Positions 1 through 12,477 of a stretch of 64,000 bases of DNA are shown piece by piece (the stretch's first letter is position 1; the number at the start of each line of letters is the position of its first letter). The stretch is from Gracilinanus agilis. Taxonomy: Eukaryota. Where the stretch lies: positions 91,342,699 to 91,406,698 of the forward strand of contig NC_058135.1 of assembly GCF_016433145.1 (NCBI RefSeq), in the 5' to 3' direction. The notes beneath the pieces were generated by a model that saw only the letters and a list, made by a program, of their open reading frames with translations, searched no databases and was not told the origin of the DNA. The position numbers were made by a program, and so were the translations under genes.

Positions 1-743
1 CCCTTCTGAGAAAGTTAGAAGGGATAAACCAAGGGGAGCAGGGGAGTGGGGAGGTCAAAAAAAGGGAGGGGAGAAGAGGGAGGGAATTCATAAGGCCTTT
101 AAAAACAAAAAGAGGGGGGAAAAATAAGGGAGGGGTAGAAAGGGAAGTTAATCAAGGGAGGGGATAAGGGATAGCGGCTCAATAACAAACCACTGATTTA
201 AAAGGAAAAAGTATAAGGAAAAAGGGGGTAGGAAGAGGGGAGGATTCGAAAACGTCAGCAAATGCACAACTGATGATTATAACTCTGAATGTGAATGGGA
301 TGAACTCGCTCATAAAACGGAAGCAAATAGCAGAGTGGATTAGAAAGCAAAATCCCACCATATGTTGTCTACAAGAAACACATATGAGGCGGGTGGACAT
401 ACACAAGTTTAAAGTTCAGGGTTTGAGCAAAATCTTTTGGGCGTCAAATGAGAAAAAGAAGGCAGGAGTGGCTATTATGATTTCTGACAAAGCCAAAGTA
501 AAAATAGATATGATTAAAAAAGACAGGGAAGGTCATTACATCCTGATTAAAGGCAGTATAAACAATGAGGAAATAACACTGCTCAATATGTATGCACCAA
601 GTGGCATAGCACCCAAATTCATAAAGGAGAAACTGGCAGAGCTCAAGAAGGAAATAGATAGTAAAACCATACTAGTGGGAGATCTAAATATTCCTCTGTC
701 AGATCTAGATAAATCAAACCGAAAAATAAATAAGAAAGAGGTA
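1..743 (+). mobile_element. LINE-1 fragment: G-rich inter-ORF region plus uninterrupted ORF2 endonuclease N-terminus (273-743), in the last FBXO8 intron
   Basis: The ORF translates to MIITLNVNG...CLQETH...GVAIMI...NMYAP...VGDLN, hallmark L1 APE endonuclease motifs. L1-like sequence stops abruptly after INKKEV at ~743. Confidence 0.93.
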
Positions 744-1588
744 TAATGGAAGAAATGGATATGGAGAAATTTAAGACCTAGAAATACTAAGGCACATGAC
801 CAGGGACATAGACATAGAATGGCAAGTGCATTTCCCATTCAAAATTAATCTATGTTACATTCATTTTTATGTCACATCTACAATTGAGATCACATTCCCT
901 AATCTGTGAAAGTAAGATTTTGATAATAACAGAAATATCCACTTTAAGTTGTATTTCTGCTGTTTTTTTCCAGAGTTGAAAATCATTCCAGAATATAAAT
1001 TATTCTTTTTAGTTACAGTTAAGCATTATATAAGTTATGTTCACTAAAATTGATGTGATGCAGGCTTTGATGGAATGCATTATTATGTCAGAAAGTTAAG
1101 TTGATTCCTTAGCACATCTTTGTTTCTTCAATAAATGTAATGACTCTCATGTATATAGCACTTTAAGCTTTGCAAATTTGTGTGTGTGTGTGATTATCAC
1201 ATTTGTACTGGTATGATGTTGGTAGAAGAATATTCCAATGAGATCTACTATTCAAAGTATACATTCCTCAAAGCTGCTTAATTAATTTTGAGGCACAAAA
1301 ATTACTTTTTTTTCAAACCAGTATTTATGCCACTTTCAGGACATAATTACATGATAAACATTAAATTGAAAAAATGGAATTAAGTTTAAAAAGGTGAAAG
1401 GAGCTTTCATATAGTCAAATGAGTGGCATCATGTAGGAAATATCTGTATTATCAAATTAAATTTTCACTTTAATCCAGCTGTCATTATATTATTTTAAAT
1501 ATGCAATGTAATTTGTCATCTGATGTATCTTCTTTTTCCATTCTTATCCCCCCAAAGCTCATTGTTTCTCTTATTAAGAATAGATGTC

Positions 1589-1791
1589 GGGGGCAGCTGG
1601 ATAGCTCAATGGATTAAGAGCCAGGCCTAGAGATGGGAGGTCCTGGGTTCAAATTTGGCCTCAGACACTTCCTAGCTGTGTGACCCTGGTCAAGTCATTT
1701 AATCCCCATTGCCTAGCCTTTACCGTTCTTCTGCCTTAGAACCAATACATAACATTGATTCTAGGACAGAAGGTAAGGGTTTAAAAAAAAA
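1589..1791 (+). mobile_element. SINE1_Mdo-type opossum SINE
   Basis: Head ggggcagctgg..gctcaatgg, B-box gggttcaaat, CORE tgtgaccctgg.caagtca, tail gaaggtaagggtttaaaa. Flanked by near-duplicate aagaataga/ctgt. Confidence 0.9.
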
Positions 1792-1946
1792 GAATAGCTG
1801 TTTTCCACAAAATGACTAATAATGAAAAATGTTGTGCATGATTGAACAAGTAAAATGTATATCAGATTGCTTGCCATCTCAAGGAGGGAGAGAATTTGGA
1901 ACTCAAATTTTTTTTTTAAACCATGAAAAAAAAAAATGTCTTATAG

Positions 1947-2227
1947 CCATGATGGCGAATCTATGGCATGTATGCCAAAGATAGCATGCAAAGACCTCTC
2001 TGCTTCTCCTCTCCCTCTCTCCACCACACCTCCCCACCCCTCTGCCCAGCAGCCCAATGGAAGCGCTTACTCACTCCCCTGAGCAGAGGGCCTGGGCCAC
2101 TCTCCTGTCTTTCTCCCTCCCTGTTAGAGGTAAGGTGGGGGGTATTCGGTCGGGGTGGGGGAGAAGGGAACAGCACACAGGCTTGGGGCAGGGCATGACA
2201 CGGTGTCTAAAAGGTTCACCATCACTG
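1947..2227. mobile_element. Non-autonomous hAT (Charlie-type) MITE, 281 bp
   Basis: Terminal inverted repeats ccatgatggcgaatct / aggttcaccatcactg. 8-bp TSD tcttatag / tcctataa with central TA. Confidence 0.8.
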
Positions 2228-2944
2228 TCCTATAACTAGTCATATATCAGGATTTTGTGAAATGTTCTCAGGATGCTCATAGCTGTGACATGACTTCTAT
2301 TGAATGTATCCTACAAAGAATATTTACTATTAAGTGTTTTGTGCACATGGGTATATTTTTAAAGTATATAGAATACCAAATTTCTATAGCTACCCTAATA
2401 TTAATGATGTGGAACCAATTGTCTTGACCATTACATATTTCAATTTTTTTTAATCTTACAGTATATCATCTTTAAGAGAACAAAGTCAAGAAATCTTATA
2501 AATGCATTTATAGAATGATGTGTTTATAAAAATAATTTCTTTCATTAAGTGAAGCATATTTGTATACCAAATCCATCACACATTTTTCTCAATAACATTA
2601 CTGATAAGTTAACTTATTTTTGAAAGATCTTCATAGAATTATATTTGGGATGGAGGAGTTTTTAAAATGAGTTTAAAGTTTGTCTTACACAATTAAAAAA
2701 TACAGAGTGTGGCTTACAATGGAATGATTCAATATATGTCTTTGAAAATGAGATATTAAAAAGATTAAAATTCCAAACTTTACATTTGGAATTTGTTTAT
2801 ACTGAAAGTTCTTAAATGACTCTAAAGTAAGTTATTTTTAAATGAGGAAAATAGCCTCTCGATTTGTTCTAATCACAGACTATTGACCAGGGCCACATCT
2901 TGAAAGCTTGTCAGTAATTTCTGACACTTCTTTTTTCTCTTTAG

Positions 2945-3132
2945 ATGCTGTCTATGTACTGTGCTACTCTTTGATCCTGCTTTCCATTGACCTTACTAGT
3001 CCTCATGTGAAGAACAAAATGTCAAAAAGAGAATTTATCCGAAACACCCGACGTGCTGCTCAGAACATTAGTGAAGATTTTGTAGGGCACCTTTATGACA
3101 ACATCTACCTTATTGGCCATGTGGCTGCATAA
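2945..3132 (+). CDS. FBXO8: FBXO8 (F-box only protein 8) terminal coding exon, C-terminal part of the Sec7 domain
   Basis: Acceptor cttcttttttctctttag at 2944. Translation (D)AVYVLCYSLILLSIDLTSPHVKNKMSKREFIRNTRRAAQNISEDFVGHLYDNIYLIGHVAA* matches the FBXO8 C-terminus as I recall it. TAA at 3130-3132. Confidence 0.96.
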
Positions 3133-3565
3133 AAGCACAACTGTTAGGACTTCAGATTTGAAGGTGAAAACAACTAAAGCTACCCAAGAAATTATTTTGT
3201 AGATAGGGGGTTACACTAGTGCTGGTCATTCTAACCTCTGCATTCAATCAAGTGTGTGTATATTGCCTTTTTTTTTAGTAATTTACCATGGGAACAAAGG
3301 ATTTTGCAGAAATTTTTCTTAATTTTCCTTATCATGTTTTGCACAAAGCAGAGCCATTAGTCTGACACAACCATTTAAGAATGTTTAAACTGACATTACA
3401 CTAAAAAGTGGTAAATTTGTGCATTTGATTTGCTTCAAAAATCTTAACCAGTTCCATCCTTTTATAAAATGCCATATAATGTGTACATACTTAACTAAAG
3501 AGATTTATAATCATAATTATTTTATTGTATAGTATTTTAACTAAAGTTTTTTTCTTTTCTCTCTA
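3133..3565 (+). other. FBXO8: FBXO8 3' UTR (end approximate)
   Basis: Repeat-free sequence after the stop that resembles the eutherian FBXO8 UTR as I recall it. ACTAAA at 3494 and 3540, followed by a T-rich tract. Confidence 0.7.
3540..3545 (+). terminator. Candidate non-canonical polyadenylation signal ACTAAA
   Basis: No AATAAA/ATTAAA in 3133-3600. ACTAAA has upstream TGTA elements and a downstream T-rich stretch. Confidence 0.5.
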
Positions 3566-6500
3566 AAGTTGAGTTCTGAATTTCTTTACTACTTATCTGA
3601 GTACAGTTGTTTTCCTGAAAGTCAGATATGACTTCCAAGTGATTCATCAGTAACAATATTCATTTTTGAATTAGAAAGGAAGGAACCTAATTCTCATTAA
3701 TTTTATACTACATTTACATGTGAGTGTGTGTGTGTACATACATACATAGACTCATGATTTATAGGGAGATAGCATGGCATAGCGGTTGGAGTGCTAACCC
3801 TGGAGGCCTGCCTCTGACACATAACAACATTATGGGCAAGTCACTCCATCTTTAAGTGGCCCAGAGAACCCTCTGCATCCATATTAGAAGTTCTAATATT
3901 GACTGGTGCCATTCCCCATGTACACACACACAGCAACATAAAGGTACATGATGAGTATAAGTAGGTTGCAACATATTACCAACCATTAATTTCATGCAAG
4001 AAGTGTGTGGATGGGGTGTATATATGTACACATATATGTATATATAATTATGTGTGTGTGGGTATATACAAGTTTATATGTATGTCTAGAAATAATGAGA
4101 AAGACATTTTCTCCATAATTAATGTTTTAAATTCAACATCTAACCACTAGTTAAAACACCTACTTGGTGAAGAGTGCTGAGCAGCTGGATACTGAGTAAT
4201 ATTTTTTAATTAGATAAACCATGGTCCTTACCCCCTCTTAGAATTTACAGTTTAATAGCAATTAAATTTTTTGTTAGCTCTGTAGATACATATTCTGACT
4301 AAAAAAACAAACTTAAAAACCCCAAGATACCATACCTTATGTAGCGTAGATTATATCTATTTTTATGGAATTTCTTTCCCTTGGCACTTGAAAAAATCAG
4401 AATAAGTACTCATTGAGTAACATAGTAAGTCCTTCTTCACTGTTTTTAAAGTAACTGGTCAGACTTTACTGTCTTCTCTGAAATAGTCTCTTTCCCAAAA
4501 TATTTCAAAAGGGATATAAATGTCACTTCAATCTGGTTAGGAAATGAGAAATTCCGGTTAATTAGATTACTTTCATCAATGGTGAGTTATTTATGCTGCA
4601 AATATATTAGCAGTTTTTAGGAAACTAGAATAAATTGAGACATTTTTAAAACAGGAATTATACAAATAATTGATTGTTTGAATTGATAAATCAGAAAGCT
4701 CCCTCCCTTGAAGGTGTGTGTATGTGTATGGTGAGGTTTGCCTCTTTAATCTAAATGTTTCCCCCCGCTCCTGTCCTTGTCTCCCAGAAAATCCTATATA
4801 CAGAGAAGAAAGATCATCTAGGTTTAGAAGATGACACTTAGGGATTGATATATAGGGGGGTATTCTTGCTTATTTTGAAAGAATAGAAGTTTAGGAAGAA
4901 AACATTTAGATCAAAATGGAGAACCTCATTTGACTTCCAGATCTGGCCTACAGATATACCTCAATGACAGTACTTTGATGGATATCAACTAACAATAACT
5001 CAGCAGTTGATAAGTGCCTCATATATACTAGGTACTCAATGTGAACTCATCAGTGTGAGTACTCCCCCAACTATTGCAAATGACAGCTATTCTAGGCCTT
5101 TTTGTCCTGTATGCCTTTACTGTTTTTGTAGGCCTTCTTCAAGGGTATGCAGGGGCTGTCCTATCTGTTATGTCCAGTTTTTACTTTGTAATTCCTCCCT
5201 TTCCTTGTCTAATAAGGTGTACCTTTGATGATTCTTTTATATCACTTCGTGCAATCAAGTAATGGTTGGTAATATTCTATTTATGCCCATCATGTATATT
5301 TATGTGGCTGCATTTTTGATTCTTCACAGGACAATGATATTCTACAATGTGTAGTCCTGTAGCATCATCAGAAAAATATTTTGTACTAATAAAATAGATT
5401 TTGCAGTAGGGAGCAAATTGAGAACATTAAAAGTGATAACATGGTTTCCCCAATAAAATCCAGTACACTTTATCTCCATGTTCATTTCTGTACCTTGAAG
5501 CAAACAGTGGAAATCCCAATTCTGACACTGGACCAAGTCATATCACTTCCTTGCCCTTCAGTTTTCTTCATTTTTAATTTGAAGAGGTTAAACTAGATGG
5601 CCTCTTAGACCCTGTTCAACTTTATATGTATGAGCTTTATGAATACAGTGTCCTCTACAAACAGGAGCATATGGAGAACCTAGACATCTATAAGGAGCCT
5701 CCCTTCCATTTGTGTACCTAAAAGATACTGTATCTTCCTATTAATATGAGGTTCTCTCTGAGGTTATGTCAATGGATTTTTGTATGATCAGAACAGCAGG
5801 TTTTTTTTTTCAGTTTTGCTCTATTTAGTCAAATGTGCTTTTATAAATAGTAATCAGCAGATTCATATAATCAAAATTGTCCATTTTGCTTCCTATGAAC
5901 CTCTTGGTTTTATGACTTGAGATATGATTTGCTGTAGAAAGTCATCTGTCAAAACCTTTCTATTCCTTCTTTATATATATTCATCAAGGATGACCCTATA
6001 CCATTCTCAAAGATATTATGGAGGTGAGGAAGTATTATAGTTGCTTATATCTTCCCAATCAATGTTTTAGTAATGATAGACTTTCTGATCTTTTTTTTAA
6101 TTCTTTAAACTCATTGTATCTTTTAATTATCTTGAAAATTGATATCTGAATAATTTTAAAACTGTCTTCTACTTCAGCTTTGATTTTTTTTTTCCCTTAT
6201 TTTTTGAGTTGGGTCCTGGCTACTCTTCATTTTCTCTCCTAAAGTGCCATTTTCATTTCCTCATCATAGGATGTTAGGTATTGAGTTAATAAGAGTCCTA
6301 TCTATGTTGAAGATAGACTTAATTAGAAAAAAATTAATACACAAATTATTTTATTTCATATATAAATATTTCATAATTTTTGGCATCCTTCCAGTTTTAC
6401 CTGATAGTCTTCTTGGGATGACTAGACTTAATTAGGTCTCACACCAAGATTTCTGTATCTACCTCTATAGTGTTTTCTTAATTAGTTTATACTCTACATT

Positions 6501-7125
6501 TGGTGTTGCTCTTGATTGTTTTGTCAATTTTTTACATGAAGATAGGGTCTGGCTAAGGCAATTTCTTGCCTCTTGGCTATGTGGTACCTACTTTTTAAAA
6601 GCAGTTAAACTTCTATAATAAATGGCTATAGTAGATCAATGTCTACTTTTTAACACTTTACTTTGTTTAGATCAGGTTAAAACTGATATGTCATACAATG
6701 CCTTTTTATCTTTATCATTTTTCCTAGTTTGGATTTGGAATTGATTTTGACCATTTTCCTCTAATCTGGCTGTATACAGCTAATTCTGAAATCACTCTCC
6801 TATCAGTGGAAACCAGTCATTTCCTTTTAATTATTGTCATTTTCATTTTCTTTGATGTTGTTTGGTGTTCAATTTTCTAGCCTTTCCTGACTTCACCTAA
6901 AGAAAATATTTGGGTCTCTAATTTCTTAATCCCAAGCTATATTTTTCATTGTCCTTCCACATGTCTATCTTCACAGCGTAATCTTTAAATATCAAGTTTA
7001 TGTTGACTTATTTGAAAAATCTTATATTCTTCATAGAATTTCTTTTTATCTTCTAAAACAGATTTTGGTGCAATGTTGGTTATATTGTCTCAAATGTAAT
7101 CATTGTGAAAGGAAGCAATCTCAAT

Positions 7126-7322
7126 TTTTTATTTTGAAGCCCTCATCTTCCATCTTAGAATCAATACTGTGTATTGGTTCTAAAGCAGAAGAGCAGTAAG
7201 GGCTAAGTAATAGAGGTTAAGTGACTTGCCCAGGGTCACATTCTAGAAAGTGTCTACGGCCAGATTTGAATCCAGGACCTCCTGGACCTGGTTCCAATCC
7301 ACTGAGCCACCTAGCTTCCCCT
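7126..7322 (-). mobile_element. SINE1_Mdo-type SINE
   Basis: Reverse complement of head and CORE (gtgacttgcccagggtcaca...ccactgagccacctagcttcccc). TSD ctcaattttt. Confidence 0.88.
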
Positions 7323-7576
7323 CAATTTTTCAAAGAACAGAACGTGACTGTCAGCTTAAATATGAAATCGGCATGGTAAAGTGGTGAGCTTATACGGTTC
7401 TAAAGTAAATTTCTAAAGAATACCATTTCTTCTTACATGTAAAATTGGGAATTCCATGAGAAAATAAGTCTTATTATAAAAAGCAAAGTGAAATTTTTTA
7501 AAAATTCAGCTGATACCCCAAATGGAAAGGACCTTTAGTAAGAAGTTCAAAGAATGGCAATTGGTAATTGTCATAA

Positions 7577-7823
7577 TTGTTATTGAGTCATTTCAGACAT
7601 GTCCAACTCTTTATGACCCCGTTAGGGGTTTTCTTAGCAAAGATACTGTAACAGTTTGCCATTTCCTTCTCCAACTCACTTTACAGATAAGGAAATAGAC
7701 CAACAGGGTTAAGTGACTTGCCCAGGGTCACACAGCTAGTGTCAGAGGCTGGATTTGAACTCAAGAAAATGAGTCTTCCTGACTTCAGGCCTGGCACTCC
7801 ATCTACTGCACCATCTAGCTGCA
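7577..7823 (-). mobile_element. MAR1-type CORE-SINE with RTE-derived tail
   Basis: CORE plus RTE-like tail (gtccaactctttatgacccc...tttgccatttccttctcc). Confidence 0.8.
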
Positions 7824-8989
7824 CTGATTAGTGACAGGTTACTCTAATGTCCACATCCCAGCTATATAGGGTGTTATCTGTCCTTTTTATCCATATCTGC
7901 CCTTCTCCTCTGACTTTCCAGTTTGTCTTTACTACTCTCTGTCTTTCCTCTCTACCTGTATACTTTTCTCTTCTTATTTTTCCCTCCCCCTTTTCTGCTG
8001 TTACCAATTTCCATATTTTTCCTTTCCCTTATATTGTGCTATCCCCCACCCCAAATAATTTAACTGGCTGTAATATGAAACCAAAGTATTTTTATTACCA
8101 TTATTTATCCCTGACTCAACTTAGTAGTTGAGAATGGTTTACATCTCAATTTTGAAAGAAATAAAACCTGGGTTTATGCTTCTTCCTTGTGTGTGACCTT
8201 CAATGGGAAAAAAGGTTCTTTAACCCTGCTCTAGATAATATTAAAGAATAAAAATGCAAGAATGATTTATACAGATTCAATTCAGTGATCATTTAGTAAG
8301 TACCTACTCTGGGGAATATAAAAAACAAAAATTAAAATCGTCCCTTCCAGAAGTTTATATTCTACATGGAGGAAACATACACAGATGTACAAGTACTCCT
8401 GTGGCCCAGATTCACCCCAACTTCTTCCTGTCCCCCAAACTCTGGGCTCACACAGAGTTCTATAATAGGAGTGAACCTAGAAGATTGACATCCTCCTTGC
8501 CTTGTTATTCTAATACACAGTTTACTCTGGGAAATCTCCAGGTATGTCCATTTATCTTGTATCTAGGCTTCCAAAAATGTGAGTAATGGGCTCCCCATAT
8601 CCTGTATAAGCAGTCAGGGTAACAAATGTATACTTAGTAGAATGTTCACCTATAGAATATGAAGATAATGTAAAGGACACAAACCCATAAATAAATATAG
8701 GAAACCTATAATTTACTCAGTATTCCATAAATTCCCCTCCAAGTGAGACAGCACCCTGACATTGCAAGGATATTCTTCTCTCCCACAGGTCCTACACATA
8801 GATTTCACTTGGAAGGTATACAAATTGTTAATATCCTATCCTACAACCACCACCAAACAAAATTCTGTTGGAAAAAGAAGGGCTCATTTGAGATTTCATT
8901 TGAGCCACTGAGGATGATTATAGCCAAAACCATTCATAGGGAATTACTCTAGCAACTGTGTGGAAGTTCTGGGAGAGAGAAAAGGGAAG

Positions 8990-9420
8990 ATCTGCTAGGG
9001 TACTGCATTTTTCCAGACACACGACACTGAAAATTTTACAAAGTTGTTGCCGTCGGAATAGAGAGGAGAGGACAGATGGATGCTGTTGCTGAGGTGAAGT
9101 AAAGACAGGGCAAGTGAAAAAGAGGAGTCAGAAATAACATTCAATCCCAGGTGAGTGGCAGTGCCCTATTCACAAATAGTAAAGAAGGGAAAATTGGGAA
9201 AGTTGTTAAGCTCAGTTTTGGATATGTTGAGTTTAGAGTGTTGGTGAAATATACAAATCCAGATGTTATAGAAAAGCAGATCTGAAACGCCAAAGAAGGT
9301 CATGGACTTTGGAGCCTGCTACATAGTGTTACAGCAGTGGAAGCAGGAATATTTGCCAAGGGATTGTGTGTTCTACAGGACACCTATCTTCAAGCTTTGG
9401 AAGATGATGTAGAGTCGATG
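8990..9420 (-). mobile_element. Ancient L2 LINE fragment
   Basis: Degenerate L2-like text (agctcagttttggatatgttgagtttagagtg). Confidence 0.45.
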
Positions 9421-9771
9421 CATATGGAGGAACCATGTTGGTTTAGTCATAAATCTCTGTTGGAATCATTAATCATTAACTACAAAGTTTTTGTTCAGTA
9501 TCTTTTATAGTTACTCATGATTTTTTTCCTAACTTCAGCATTACCTAAAGTTTAAGCTACACAAGATACATCCTCCGACACATTAGGAGGTTTCTTAGAG
9601 GTGTGCCTAGCATGCTAGGGACCATTTATTTTCACAAACTATTTGGATTATTTTTCATGATTTGTAAGAAGATTTTAAATCTTGTGACAGCAAATTTTAG
9701 ATAAATCTCCATTCCACATCCTGAATGACACTGCTAAGCAACATAAAACTGCACAGCATTGAACTTTTCTT

Positions 9772-10010
9772 GGGCAGCTAGGTGGCACAGCAGACACACT
9801 GAATCAGACTTGCAGTAAGGTAGAGACAAAATGCAGCCCCAGATGCTTCCTAGCAAGTCACTTCCCATCTGTGCATCAGTTTATTCATCTGTAAAATAGA
9901 GATAATAGCACCTCTCTTTCAGAGTTGTTGGGAGGATAAATTGAGATATTTGTAGTTACATTTTGCAAACATTAAAGCACTTTATAAATGCTAGCTATTG
10001 TGAGATTAGC
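9772..10010 (+). mobile_element. MIR-type SINE
   Basis: Head gggcagctaggtggcacag, CORE catctgtaaaatagagataatagcac, tail tataaatgctagctat. Confidence 0.75.
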
Positions 10011-10224
10011 TTTTATTATTCTTGCCTCTCTTAAACCCACAAAAGTAACTGCAGTGCGTTTATTTCCTTGCACTGAAAGATTGAAAGATTTTGGCACATA
10101 TCACCAATCCAAAGTTTTCTTGCATTGTAGACCATGACCAAAAAGTAATTAATACAAGTATATGACTCCATAGCCCTACTCGGATTGCTCCAGTCACAGG
10201 TGTTTGGGTCCAGTGATCCAGTCC

Positions 10225-10335
10225 AATCCAACATTTATCAAGCTCCTACAATGTGCCAGGCACTGTGCTAAGCACAGGTATACAATTAAAAAGAAAGGCA
10301 ACCCCTACCCCCAAGAAGATACAATCTAGGGGCCA
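10225..10335 (-). mobile_element. L2 3' end
   Basis: caacatttatcaagctcctacaatgtgccaggcactgtgctaagc is the characteristic L2 terminus. Confidence 0.7.
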
Positions 10336-12291
10336 GAGGAGTATACACAAAAGAAGACAGGAACACAGATGGGGTTAGTGGGGACACCAGGGGGCATCTG
10401 GTTCTGTGGAGCTGAAACCAAGCAGAGTAGCAGGTGCAAGACTGAGTTGGCCAAAAAGTGTAGTAGTCTTCCCCCAATAAAGGCAGGCTTTGGAAGGAGT
10501 TCGGTGCTCCACCTCTAACCCTCAGGTCAGAGGAGAGAGGAGGTTGGGGGAGGTGGTGTACAAGTCAAGGCTTGAGTTAGAAGCATGGTGATGGATACGG
10601 GTTTATCCTGGGAGGGGCACCTTGTTCTCTGAAGCTGAAACCGGGCAGGGCAGCTGATGCAGAGTGGAGTGGATCTATCACATATTCAAATTAAAAGCTC
10701 CCACCACCATTTCCCCTGAATTCCCCCCTTTCCCATTTCCAGTGGATGTACTGGAATAAATTATGTGGCACCATAGTAATGCCAAGAGCATTAATTTAAA
10801 ACAATGCAAATTAAATTAAAAAATCAAAATCACTTTCTGGTCCCACTTCCCATAGCTATCTTCAATCCAGTCACTCTGTACCTCCACCACAACATGAGAG
10901 AGAGAGTTTGTTTTACCATATCCCAGTTCCTTCCTTTCTCCTCAACAAATCAAGATGGGCGAGTTCATTCAAGGTGCCAGAGAATATCATCAAAGATCTT
11001 GGATATTTAGGGCTTCTCAGTAACCACCACAAATTAAGAGGATATCTCAGTTGCTCTTCTTGTCTTCTGTCTTCTCAAAGCCAACCAGGTTTCCTGCCTC
11101 ACCTCTTGACCTTGCTTTTCTACCATCACTGCTGCCTCAGCCCCACTGTGACTTTCTGTCAAGCTTTTTGTGTCATGACTTGTTCTCCTAACACCATCGT
11201 GATGCTCCCAGCTTTCACATCCATTTTCTACTTCCTCACTCCCATTCCATCTTGTATTTCTTCATGAGAGCTCACAATCCCTTCCAAAACTCCTCTGTCC
11301 TGCAGTCTCAAGTCTTGAGTTTGTGGATGGTTCTGGCTAGCTTTTGCTGTTTCCAGCCTTCAAGGAAGCAAACAATATATGGAGTCTGTCCTTTGAGGCC
11401 ACCACAGCTGAAATATTAAGAAGAAAAGGAGAAGCCTCTAGATTCAGCCTCAGCTTTTTGCCCAAACGGACATGCCCCTTCGGTGAAGAGCAGTGACTGA
11501 TTTCCTTGAACTTCAGGAAGGTATTAATAGAAAATACTATTTAATGAATTAAAAAGGCATACATTTACCACTTCCTATGCTCAGCACCAGGGTTACAAAT
11601 ACAAAAATGTGAGACAGACCCTACCCTAGGCAGTGTGGTAACGAAAGTAAACCAAGGTTATCTTTACTCCCAGGCCATGGCTGCCTCTGTTAGACTACAA
11701 CGCCCCAAAGTGACAACCTGGTTACATCATGAAACTCTGGTAGAGACTTAAATTGTGAGCTGGTCTCCTTTGCCAGTGGAAAGCACTGCCTATGGCAACC
11801 TGCTGAAACCCAAAATGAATGTGAGAGAGAGAGAAGGGGAAGAGCCGGGGGAGACAGACAGATAGGCAAAGAGAGAAGGAGGGAGAGGGAGATGGAAAAG
11901 GAGGGGAAGAGAGAAAGAAAATTAAAGAGGGAGAGAGAGTGAGGGGGAAGGAGAGAAATGGGTGTTTTCTTTTTGTTTGAAATCTAGAACAAGCTTGGAT
12001 TGAAACTAAGGCTATATATAAATAATGAACCAGAACAAAACTAAAATATTCACTTCCAACAATCATTGGTTAAGCACTATCTGTATGATAATAACTGAGT
12101 TATTCTTTTTTTTATATGAACAAAATCTTAGTATGACTTTAATCTAGCTTTAGAGTTCTGATGATGTTGCTGCCAAAATTTTCTGAGTATAGTTAAGATG
12201 AATGCCTGGTAGAAATAGATGTACTACTGCCTGTGAACATGCAATGAATTAAAAACAACACAGATAACAATGCAGGTTTAATGTCTTAGAT

Positions 12292-12477
12292 TAGTGATGG
12301 GCAAACTTTTTAAAGAGGGGGCCAAAGGAAAGGAAATGTTCATCTGTCAGTCTGTTTCTAAGGCAATTCTTTCAAAGTTTCATTGTATTGTATCCTACTT
12401 ATTGTATTCGTCCGATTACGAATAATGTGGCATGGCCATTTAGAACATTTCAGGGGGCCATAGTTTACCCATCAATG
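12292..12477. mobile_element. Non-autonomous hAT (Charlie/OposCharlie-like) MITE, 186 bp
   Basis: TIRs tagtgatgggcaaact / agtttacccatcaatg. 8-bp TSD tcttagat / tcttagac. Confidence 0.85.

Noticed and set aside
1-743. Idea that this L1 piece is the segment missing from the L1 at 20457-26733
   Set aside because: It covers a similar region, but it is in the opposite orientation and uninterrupted whereas the large L1 is heavily mutated. Two independent insertions are simpler.
2908-2944. ORF-track start upstream of the FBXO8 exon
   Set aside because: These codons are intron (polypyrimidine tract and AG); the exon begins at 2945.
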